From positions 161,914,383-161,978,382 of the forward strand of contig NC_068982.1 in NCBI RefSeq assembly GCF_001194135.2: a stretch of 64,000 bases of DNA, in the 5' to 3' direction. A model generated the notes under the pieces. That model did no database searches, had not been told where the DNA came from, and worked only from the letters and a program-made list of their open reading frames with translations. The position numbers were made by a program, and so were the translations under genes. Below, one piece after another: positions 40,898 to 52,505 of the stretch; positions within the stretch are counted from its first letter, which is position 1, and every line of letters starts with the position of its first letter. This stretch comes from Octopus bimaculoides. Taxonomy: Eukaryota.

Positions 40898-42453
40898 GTT
40901 AGTAGGACTGCACCAAGTACATACTGAGATAGTCTTGTACACTCTGGGTCAGGCCTGATTCTTCTTTGCCCCCCACTGCTGGTCATCTGAACTTAAGTCT
41001 ACCTGCATATTCCTTGAGTGAGCCTCTATTCCAATGCCTATTTCTACCTCCAACTGCCTAAACAGCTCTTCAGTTTCTTTCAAAACAATCTTACGTAGTT
41101 CAAAGTTGCTATTTTTCGCTTTCTTTTACCCCTTTTTCAAACTCTAGAAACACCTCTTTGAATGTCCTCCTCTTAGATACTTATGGTAAAGGGCCAAATG
41201 TTCAGTGCTTGATATCTTTGGTAGAAATAATTCTTTCAGTTTTTTTTTTCTTTTAAAGAATTATTTTTATGCATTTCTAGAGATCTATCAAACTCCTTGA
41301 AAGGTGTTACTGCTTGAAATGGTTATATAATATCTTCAGTTAAGCATTTCAAACATTTTTCAAATGCACCCAGGAATTTTCTTGCATGGTGAACTTTTGT
41401 CCTTCTTGCATTATTAATTTTTACTCCATTTTAACTATTGCTAGTTTTAGCTGGGCTAATCTAGATTTAGCAATTTAAAAATCTGAATGCCTTTTATGCT
41501 TCCCATATTAAAGTAATAATACTAAAACTGCCCTTGAAATGTTAACCATACATTAAAGACTTTATTGTTTCCGAATGTGAAATATCCCACTGACAGTCAA
41601 TAAAGCAGATAGTTGCAGTCTGTAGTTGGTAACTATTAGCAGTGATATCATGTGTTATCATCTCTCTGGTGATTTTATTGTAAATATATTTATGGTGTTG
41701 ATTAGAAAAGTCTAATAGAAAAACATTGTCTGCTTTATTGGTTCAACACTTGTTTTCTTTCATTGCTCCTGACTATTCCTGCTTATGCCTAAACACTTCA
41801 TTCCTTATTGTGCAAACACACATATACATATACAGAAAAACATACTTATATATGATGCACACACACACTGTTTACTAGGTACATCTGTTTCCCCATGCTT
41901 ACTTAGTTTATTTGATGAAACATTCTTATTACAGCTTGCAGATGTTCTTCCTACAACTGACCATTCAACCATGAAGTAGGACATAGAGTCTTTTCATTCA
42001 GTCAAGCAACGAGATTTATACACTTTGCATTGGGGCATTTCAAAGTGATATCTATTGTTATTTAACCCTAGGTTAGTCTTGATCAAGTAGACATGCTGTC
42101 TTTAATGATGTTCTAGCCAAGGCCATTCTCTGTTTTTTATTCAGATTTAGTGTATCTTGAAATAAATTATCCAATGTCCGAATTGAAGTGCCATAAGAAT
42201 TTTCCACCATCAGTTTTCTCTTTCTAGAGTCAGTCATAGAGTGTGTGTTCAAGAGAAATGAGGTCCACTTGTACTGTTTCTGTGAGTACACCATGCCACT
42301 ACCAAAAAGTTTGAAGGACATTTGGTTGCTATTTGTAACTGGTGGGCAACATATGGCTTGTAATGGCTCCTTTGTTAACTCCACAATGCAATGATTATAG
42401 CAATATCCAAAATTGCAAATCATCAGAGGCTCAGTAAAGAAATCAATCACATA

Positions 42454-43674
42454 TGAGGGGTGTTCATTAAAGATATCCCCTGACCCACTTCCCAAGGACT
42501 GGGATAAACAAAACTTGGCATAATTATTTGTCCTTCTCTACATAGCCACCACCAATGGTGACACACTTCTCCCATCACTTTATGCAGCTGTGAAGACCTC
42601 GTCTGTAGAAATTGGTAGGTTGCGCCTGGAGCCAAGACTTCACCTCATAAATAAGTTCATCATCATCTGAAAAGTGCTTCCTCTTCAAAAAAGACTTCAT
42701 GGTTGGAAAGAGGTGGAAGTCAGATGGTGAGAGGTCAGGGCGAAGGATTTCATAGCTGCAAGAGTGTGCTTTCGTCTGGGCAACATGTGCATTGTGAACT
42801 GGGGCGTTGTCTTGGAGGAGACAGACTCCTTTGCTCAGCATGCCACGCCTCTCTGCTTTAATGGCATCCCACGATTTCTGCAGCAGAGAAGCATAACATG
42901 CCCTGTTAATTGTGGTGCCCTTTGCCAGAAAATCCATCACCACTACTCCATGCTGATCCCAAAATACTGAGCATCACCTTGCCTGCTGAGAGTTGGAGAT
43001 GAGCCTTCTTTGGAGGTTATCATTCTTTGGAGTTATCATGCTTATATTCTTCAAGTGGACTTTAGTGATGGACCCATGCCAAAAAAGTCCTCCTCTTGGC
43101 TCATTACCAAAAGAGCCTGCTTCTGAAAAGGTGTGAGCATCTAGGGAATCTATCATTCACACAGCTTCCACATGTGCAAATGGTTGTGAATGATTTTTTT
43201 CCCACAGACCCTACACTTATCTTCACCCCTTGGGCTAGTTGCAGAATAGTTATGCAGCGATCCTACAAAATTGCAGCTTCCACTTTATGGATGGTGTTGT
43301 CTTCAATGGTGGAATGTGATTGTCCAAGAATAGGAGCAGTTTTCACCTAAGTCCAACTACATTTGATCTGGCGATGCCAGTGCTTGACTACATCATATGA
43401 TGCTGCATCATCACCAAAAGCTTCTTTCATCTCATCAAAAGTCTCTTTTGGTGTATGACCTTTCAAGTATAAGAACCTGATCACTGATCTGCATTCAACT
43501 TCCTCCATTATAACACGTTAGTCCACCTCAGTAACCATAAAAGACAAACAAATATTAGTGGAAAGTTGCAATTTACAATGTGACATGTAGAGACATGTAC
43601 AATTATATTTACACAAGTTCCGTTTCCTGCAATAATTGGAAGTGGGTCAGGGAAAATCTTTAATGAACACCTCA
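42454..43674 (-). mobile_element. Full-length, inactivated mariner (DD34D) transposon, about 1.22 kb
   Basis: TA at both ends (42452-53, 43675-76); ~38-bp imperfect TIRs TGAGG(GG)TGTTCATTAAAGAT(A/T)T(C/T)CCCTGACCCACTTCC; internal transposase remnant on the - strand. Confidence 0.95.
42524..43508 (-). pseudogene. Mariner transposase pseudogene
   Basis: Begins MEEVECRSVIRFLYLKGHTPKETFDEMKEAFGDD at ATG 43508. Contains a degraded WIPRML motif, LLQDNAPVH and PDLSPSDFHLF, and ends K*WEKCVTIGGGYVEKDK. Multiple stops and frameshifts; a 5-codon deletion between the 2nd and 3rd Asp restores D34D spacing when corrected. Confidence 0.93.
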
Positions 43675-43859
43675 TAAATCTGATCATCTGATGGAGATAG
43701 GGAAAAGGGCACCAACTACAGGATCCACTTTCTATTTTATAGTCGAGTAGTCATCAGTAAGGGCATCACTCAGCTGTAAAAGTAATTGTCCCCACAAATA
43801 ATCTATAGAAGCATGAGAAAATAGATATAAATGGTATGTATGTGTGAATACTTTATATA

Positions 43860-43913
<54 letters not shown>

Positions 43914-45879
43914 AAACTAGCCCTGAATTGAAAACCTATTTGCTAGTGTTTATTTATTTATCTATTTATTTTATTTAGTTTACAGCAACTTTATAAATCT
44001 TTTTTTAAAACAATTTATAGAGAAAATTGATGTTGATCAATTTACGAAATGAACTTTTATATTTGTTTCATAGTGGTCTAATTGAGAATGACTAAAGTTA
44101 TAAGGTGGAACAGTTCTGAGGCTTTATTTGTAATCCTTCCTTGAAACAAAGTTTTATATAATATTTATCTTTGTATTTTGAACAATTTTCTAATTAACTT
44201 TCTGTCTGTATTGCTTGCTAGTAGTTAATTGCTTGTGTGTAAAATGAAACTTTCTAACAACATTGAAAATAATTCTACTTATTTACAAGTTGAATATAGG
44301 GTTGAACTATTATTGATCTTTATTAACACCTTTTATTTTTAATATTGCTATGCTTTTTATATTATTATTTTATTTATATTAAATGCTTGTATTTATTTTA
44401 GCAATATAACAACATATCCTCACCTCTTAAACATGTTTTGGTGTAATGCATGAGTCTTGTTTTAGTTTAACTAAAAACCTTTTTAACAACCAGCAGTGGT
44501 AAGCATGATAAGAATGAAGTATCTTATTATTTTTTCTATAAATTGTTTAACTTTTTGAAAATTCTTTGCTAAATGTCATTTATTTGTTTTATTTATTGTT
44601 TATATTGAAATTTATTCTAATCTACTTTTATGAGCCAAAGACAGCTTGAAATTATATTTTATGTTATCTCTACATTTCATACTAAATGTATCGTTTCACT
44701 CTGTAAATGACCATTTCAAATGTAAATTCTCCAAAGAATGTTCATGTCATTAAAATCTTTGTTTAATCTGATGTCAGGTAGTATATAAAGTTTGGAAGAA
44801 ATTTTATGAAATATTGAAAAGATAATTTGTTAATATAATAAATAGATGAATCTCTTGGTTGGTAGTCTGTTTACTGGTTACTCTTCAGAATGTTCTTTTC
44901 ACCTAATGCAGAATCATATCTCCTGCACATAGAATGAAACACTTAAAATATTGATCTTAATAGTTTAGTAGCTTTCCCACTTCTCTGTCTCTCTATATCT
45001 ACAGTTGGATTATACAATTTTTTAAAAATTCTGTTTTACATCCATTTTTACATGGCACATTTTTAAAATTAGGATGCTTGTGTTAATACTAGAGAAGTAT
45101 TTTGACAGCTGGATGTCGTTCCTACCACTAACCACCTAACTATAAAATAGCTTTGGATACCATTGTGAGCTAAGCAGTGTTTATAGTTGTTAGGTTTATG
45201 AAATACATATAACTCATAAATTTTTTTATTTTCTATTTAGTGAACCACCTCCTAAAAATCTATTTTAAAGACTTTCTTTTGAGTCAGATTTTGGAAACTA
45301 GCTATAAAAAATTACGTAGTAGTAATTTGTCAGAATTTGAACAACTTTATTCGAATATATTTTTGTCAGTGAACTGTTCAATGCAGAGGTAAATGTTCAT
45401 GGAGGACCTGCTTTCAACCTACTTTTTCTCATTCTTATGTGGTGGTTCTCATAGCAGAAGAAGGAAAGAAAAAAGTTCCAAACATAGATGGTATATTAGA
45501 GTTCAAAGACATAAATGTCAGCATAATGAAGAACTAGTTAAAGACAGCATAAAATCTTAGTAACATTTTGAAAATAACTTTGCTCAATATATAGAAAGGA
45601 AGTTGTATTCTGTGCATACAAAGTTCTGTAAGATTTGACATCGAACTAGAACTTCACATATGATAGATGTACTATAGTAATAAGCAGGAGAGAAGTTATA
45701 AAATAATCATAATGGTGAAAGTCAGCCTTAGCAGGATTTGACTAAATGTTGCAAGGCACATTTGCCTAGGGCTCTGCTAGTTGTACCTCTAAGCAAACAC
45801 ATTTTGTGCTTTAATTTCTGCTCTGATGGCTCACTTATTGTAGGTGGTAGTTTCTGTTAGAGGATCTAATTAGGGGATA

Positions 45880-46325
45880 AATGTACAATAGCTTAGGTAA
45901 AGAAAGGAGTAGATTAAGTTTAAACAACTGTAGACTGTTGACAACAAAGAGCTTCCATCTTCATGTAAAAACCAGATTGAATAAAGCTTGTGTAAAAAAT
46001 GTGAGGATACATAGTAGTAGGATATGGGCTATTGAATGTGGAATATCTGTGGATATCGGTGAGAAATTAGGTTAGTGTGATCTTGTAGTTGTGTATTGTT
46101 AACCTACATAAAAGATAAAATAAAAGTGAGCTTAAGCTGTGGTTAATCATTAGAAGTATTAGGAGTAATGGCTGTATAATGAGTATTTGGTGTTGTTGAT
46201 GGAAGGTACTTGTAAAAGATTGATGTGTGGGAAACAGGGAGTTGAGATCTTGGGTTGCAGTGAAGATGAAGAAAGCTGAAGATGATTGGTAATATCCTAT
46301 ATAGCTGACCCGTCCAAAGCAGGCT
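45880..46325 (+). mobile_element. Degenerate RTE LINE 3' fragment
   Basis: LLTTKSFHLHVKTRLNKACVKNVRIHSSRIWA resembles the RTE segment LL.TKGLSLRVKGRLY.ACVR..MLHGSETWA. Confidence 0.6.
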
Positions 46326-46753
46326 AAGATTTTAAAAAGCAAAGATGAGGATGATGAGGATCATTATTATAAATTAATGTACAACTTATGTACAATTTAA
46401 TAAATAATGTTTTTACTGAATTAAGTAATAGCAGCTGGTCATTGCTTGTCAAGACAGTGTGGGTATGGTTATACCTACCAAGATAGGCAATGAGCTCCAT
46501 CATTTATGTAGATAATCATTCTTGGTTTGGCTTCCAACAGAATGTGTGTGTGTATGCACGTGTGATCATTTTTAATGTCCACTTTCTTAAAATGATTTTC
46601 CATGCTTGTAAGGCTCAGATGGGATTTGTGGCTCACCTTTTCTCAGGCAAGGTAATATTTCCTCCACAACCAGACAGGCACGCCCGCACACACGCACGCA
46701 CACACACACACACACNNNNNNNNNNCAACCAGACAGGCACGCCCGCACACACG

Positions 46754-46792
<39 letters not shown>

Positions 46793-47019
46793 CAGACTTT
46801 TTATCTACCAAATTCACTGGCAAGGTTTTGGTATGCCAGGGATATAGCAGCAGACACTTTCTTAGGGTACTACATTGTAGGACTTGAACCCAAAACCTTG
46901 TGGTTAGAAAGTAAACTTCTTAACTACACACCTGTGTTTGCACCTATTATACATATATGAAAGAGTAATGTAACATAATGATAATAATGACATAACTAGT
47001 GCAAACATGCTATCTTTAA

Positions 47020-47965
47020 GATAGCATTTGTCAATCTAGAGAAAATATTTGATTGGTACTCTGCTTTAGTTTAGTAGTTTCTAAAGAAATTAAGGTCTGA
47101 GGTGCAGTTTGCAATGGGTTCAGCAACAAATTTAGTGTTCAGGTAGGAGTCCGTTAGTCCTCAGATATCTGGCCCCTCCTGTTATAAGACTAGTTGTACA
47201 ACTATAGAAGTTCTCATGTGTTGATGGACGGATTCTTATAGCTGATTCTGTAGATTTAGAAGAGAAATTCCAGTTATGGAAACAAAGCCTAAAATTGAGA
47301 GGTCTCGAATTAAGCTTAAGCAAAAACTAAAGGTTTTACTAAGTAGGGAAGTTAGGTCCCTGTTGCCATCATGGAAATGACTGTACTTGATATTCAAAAG
47401 AAGTAAAGTTAGAAATTCTATATCGTCTAACCAGTGTAAATTGTAGATGTTCAAAGATGTAGTAGGATCATAGAAAGACTGACAGGAAAATTAAGCTTTG
47501 CATTTAGCACAGGAACAGTCAACAGTAAGAGTACAAATGAAATAGGTAGTTAATAGCTTTTTTCCTATGGTACTCAGTTATGGAAGTGGGTGCTCTAAAA
47601 GCTTAATAACCAGAATAAGGAAGGGATAGAAGAAGTTAAGGGTGATATTATTATTATTGTTAGTGGCAAAGGGTTTCTCTCTTAAAGTGAAGGGTAGATT
47701 GTATGATGCTTGCATACAAATTACAATGTTACAAGAGATGGACCTATAATGCAGAGAATGTTTAATGCTTAAAAAAACAAGCATGTTCTGGTGAATGTTT
47801 TACTGTCTATTAATGATGGAGCACTAGATATGAGATTTAAGGCTCAGATATACTATGTAAGAGAAAAAACTGCACTGGTTTGTAGCCAATTGTGTAAAAA
47901 ATTGCAGAGTGCTTGTAAAGTATAGCATTTACAGAAGACATGGAATGCAGTTGTGAAAACTTATT
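47020..47965 (+). mobile_element. Degenerate RTE LINE, RT domain through C-terminus
   Basis: Successive motif remnants IAFVNLEKIFD, FSVQVGV, LEEKFQLWKQSL, LVAKGFSLKVKGRLYDACI and KTWNAVVK in the expected order, with stops and frameshifts. Confidence 0.8.
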
Positions 47966-48343
47966 TCAAAGTACTAAATTTCACAAAACAAATGACAAGG
48001 AAGTATGGTGGCAAAAAAAGACCTATCCACTTATACAAGCACGACAGAGCAGACTTAAATATGTTGGTGGTTGGAATGTACGATATCAACATTTGACCCG
48101 ACTTACCTCTCATGTTCTGTTAAGTCATCATCTACTGTCTATACTTTCATTACGGTCTCATGTATTACAGCCTTCTCTCCTATCACTACTATGCTGCCTT
48201 TATAACAAAGAATGGTGTTGAATTGTTCCTATTCAGGCACCACCCTACCATCACACTTTATCATTCTCTCTCTTACAATGAAACCTGATACATTGAATGT
48301 GTCCATATTCAATACATCATCAGTCTTGTTTTAATTGATAATC

Positions 48344-48388
<45 letters not shown>

Positions 48389-50070
48389 ACTTTGCCCTCC
48401 ATCACTCTGTTTTCTTCACCCATCTTTTATTGCTATCCATCATGTTTTCTCTCGCATTACTCCATTGTTGGTGTACATCACTCATTTCAATTACGTCCTC
48501 TTCCATTACTCTGTCACCCTTCTATCCCTCTCAGCATTCCTATCAAGCCACTTCACATCCTTTTCAATCTTGTTACCAACAACCAACACATAGCTGTCCA
48601 TAACAGACTATTTTTCCCTCTTGCTACCTTCTATGTCCCTTTATTTTCTCCATCATAATTATAATTTCTACTCTATCATTTGTTCATTTTGGTTCTTTCT
48701 CTTTCATTACACCCTCCTCTGTCTATCTTTTGGTCATGATACCTTGAACAAACATAAGCAATGTTTTGGATAGAGAGGACTCTTTAGTCTTGTCAGAGAC
48801 ATAACAACCTCTGTGGTGTAGGTGCCATTATGAAATGTACCAGATATAACCTATAACTTGTTGGTAAATAAACAGAGATATCAGAAGGCAGAGAAGGTTC
48901 TTTAGTTGTACTGAGGACACAACAATGTGCTAGTGTCTAGGATAAAATCACTCAGTACATTGTGTAAAGTGATTGGTGTTAGGAAGAGCATCTAACTGTA
49001 GAAACCATGCCAGAAATATATGAGCATGGCATGTTCTTCATTCCTTTTAGGAGGGTTGTAACTCCAAAATGAACTGATTTAGACCACAACCGCCTGTCTT
49101 CTCTAAGTATAAAATCCAGTGGTGTATGATATGCTTGTTTTTCCACATGGACATGGGTTGGGCAGTTTGACAAGATCCAACAGGCTGCAGGGCTGCTTCA
49201 TGCTCCATCTCAGCTTTGGTATGATTTCTATGGTTGGATATATCATCATCATCATCATCATCATATGCCTGTTTTCTATACTATATATATACATGTGTGT
49301 GTGTGTGTGCATTAGTTGAATTAAATTGTGTTGGTATTTGTGTGGCTCCAAACTTGAATCTGTAATCTGCTGTAATGTTAATCAGAGTGAAATCTGGTTT
49401 TTATAAATTACAATGCTGGTTGTAAAACTCTGTGTTGGTTACTTTTGCTTGGATTTATAAATAACAATACATTTTATGTCTCTAGCACAGCTGTAATGGA
49501 ATGGCTGGAATTTGAGTACTTTTGTATGAAGCAACAACAGCAATAATAATAATAATAATAATAATAATAGTAACAACCACAACGATGATGCTGATGCAGA
49601 TGATGGTATCTGCAACAAAGCTGGTTTTGTTCTATTATACATAAACTTCTAATAATTGCATCTGCAAAATATTTCATTACGTAACTGACAAAAGTCTCAA
49701 GTGATATTCAAAGAACTAAGGGAAACGTTGTGAAATCTAACTTAGGGGTGGGGATATTTAGAATAAAATTTTTTTAAATGTATTCAGTTTGTGTTGAGTG
49801 TTGTTAGCTATCTGTTTAATGGATACCAACAAATCATTTTCCCCAATGTAAAATACTTCTATCTTGTTTCAGTTATTATTATCAGACTGCAGCCATGCTG
49901 GGGCACCACCTTGAATTTTAAGTCAAATGAATTGATCCCAGTACTTATTCTTTAAGCCTGGACCTTATTGTATCAGTCTCTTTTGCTGAATGACTAAGTT
50001 ACAGGGACATAAACACACCAACATCAGTTGTCGAGCAGTGATGAGGGGCATAAACGTAGACACACACCCA

Positions 50071-50321
50071 CTTAGTGCTGCAACATGGGTTAGCAACCAT
50101 TATCGCAGCCTATGCCCCGCAGCCGGGGCTACCTCATGGACAGAAAGACCGATTTTATGATGCCCTCTTGCAGATTACCTCATGGACGAATGACAGGGAC
50201 CTTCTCTTTGTAGCTGGAGACTTCAATGGGCATGTTGGACAACATGCAGGGGGCTTCCATGGCATACATGGAGGCTATGGTTTTGGTTCCCGCAATGAGG
50301 AGGGAACCAAGCTACTGGATG
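50071..50321 (+). mobile_element. Isolated APE endonuclease fragment of an RTE LINE
   Basis: Stop-free LVLQHGLATIIAAYAPQ...FYDALL...VAGDFNGHVG...GYGFGSRNEEGTKLLD; AYAP, GDFN and RNEEG are diagnostic APE-domain motifs. Confidence 0.9.
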
Positions 50322-50619
50322 TATGTGTGTATTTGTGTGTATCTATGTGACTTTGTGTTTGTCTTCCACCACTGCTTGACAATTGCTGTTGGTTTGTTTA
50401 CATCTCTGTAACTTAGCAGTTTGGCAAAAAAAAGAGACTGATAGGGTAAGTACCAGGCTTAAAAAAAGAAAGTACTGGAGGCAATTTGTTCGATCACAAG
50501 TCAGTGTCCCTCTACGCCTGCAGGCTAACGAATGAAACAAATAAAAGATACGTTTACAGGGTATTTTTCAAGATCTTTCCTCTGTTTCACTTAAATTTTG
50601 AAATAATCAAGAATTTTGG

Positions 50620-51225
50620 AGAGTATTAATAAATTAACTGGACCCAGGATGATTTGAAGTCTAAATACAAAGAGTTGAAATAAATGTTGTGAATCATTTT
50701 GCTCTAATGATTCTGCTAATCCACCATCCTAATAACAATAATGATGATGATGATAATATTGTCATTATTTTTGAAGTGGTGAACTGGCAGAATTATTAGG
50801 ATGCTGGACAAAATGCTTAACCATATTTCATCTGTCTTTACGCTCTGAATTCAAATTCTACCAAGGTCAACTTTGCCTTTCAACCATTGAGGGCCGATAA
50901 AATAGGTACCCTTTGAGCACTGGGTTTGATCTAATCAACTTACCCACTCCCCTGAAGTTGCTGGCCTTGTGCCAAAATTTGAAACTATTATTATAATTAT
51001 TATGAAGATGATGGATTAGCAGCATTGTTAGAGAGCATGGGACAAAATGCTTAGCAGCATTTGTTCCAGCTCTTTCTGTTCTAAATTCAAATGCTAATGA
51101 GGTCAACTTTACCTTTCATCCTTCCAGGGTTGATGAAATACATACCAGTTGAATACTAGGGTTGATGTAATCAACTAGCCCCCTCTTCCAAAATTTCAGG
51201 CCTTGCGCCTATAGAAAGGATTATT
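50620..51225. mobile_element. Three family A SINEs (-, +, +)
   Basis: Same head, body and tail modules. Confidence 0.8.
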
Positions 51226-52229
51226 ATAAAACTGCTGTAAGTTGCCACAGATCTTTATCCCCATATCTCCTAGAATGCTATACTTGTGTTCTGTCTTCCC
51301 ACTTCTGGTTGTTTTAAATTACTGTTACTGGAACAATTTCAGCCAACTCAAGACTGTCTACTTACAACATGTATGTATAGTAAGACAGGCACTGTAATTT
51401 ATGAGTAGATAACAAACTTTAAGAGGTGGTGTTTTCACTGTAATTCTGTGAAAACTTCTTAGAAGTTAGCAAATGAAATCTAACCCCACCCCCTTTTTAT
51501 TCATAGTTTCAAAGGCCATATTGTAATCTCATCATTTTCTATATTGCTATATTTTTTCTTCTTTTTAATGATATAACTTATAGTTTTAATTAATTATTTG
51601 CTTATTCCCAAACTTTGTTCATTCATAAATCTCAAATCTTGTTGATTCATGATTCACAATATTGTAAATACTAGAAATACAAGAAGGTTAGTTGAGATGT
51701 AGAAACAAACAAGCTAACATGCTTGCACGGATGAAGTACAAATTTTCAAAATTGTATCAATCCAACAATGATTCTGTGTGATGTATTTTCATATATACCA
51801 AATGTATGAAAAGTGTGTGTATGTGTGTTGAATTATATTTGTAGAGAGCTGACAGCTGTTAAGATGGTGCTTCTTGTCTTAGATAAATCCCTTTCTGTTA
51901 GCACTTTTGATACAAATGCATCTGGAACTTCTTTTATTTTTTTTCTATTCTATGATAAAAAAAACCCTCTCATTTTAAAGTGTGTGTATTCAAATTAAAA
52001 CTTATAATTTTATGTAAGGCAACTTTTTCTGAAATTACATTCCATAAATTAGATTAAAAGGTGAAAGTTAGGTCATTTTAATAAATCCTTAAATTTTTTT
52101 TTGAGTAATTGAAATGCAAGGACTATGTATTTCAATAGAAATATGGTTCTAAAATGCTTATAGATGTATCTTTTGAGATAATTTCGTGCATGAACATTGT
52201 TTTTGATTTTGTCGATGACATAGTATAAG

Positions 52230-52505
52230 TAGGGTTACTTAAGCACCATCTGTGAGAAAAACAGCACCATGACATAATTCACTCTGCCAGAAATTTGGAA
52301 ATGGCATGCTGCGCTGCTTGGCATTCACACTGGTAGCTCCAATATGAAGAGATGGTGAATACACAGAACAACTATTGGCTTGCTGTGTCTCTAAAGCATG
52401 TACCAAGGTTGATAAAAATCAGACATCTAGTCAACATTATGATTTTTGGAGTGCTCACTAATGATGGCGACATTATGCCTCCATTCCTCTTCCCACACTA
52501 TCAGT
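52230..52505 (+). mobile_element. Internally deleted IS630-Tc1-mariner (maT/DD37D-like) transposase remnant
   Basis: NTQNNYWLA...HLVNIMIFGVLTNDGDIMPPFLFPH resembles the N.QN.RW...VMVFG...DG.VMPP.FP segment of maT-type transposases. Termini not identified. Confidence 0.55.

Noticed and set aside
42073-42495. 140-aa minus-strand ORF, and a faint YCFC (PHD-like) hint on the plus strand
   Set aside because: Begins inside the mariner TIR; no complete motif on either strand; too weak to call.
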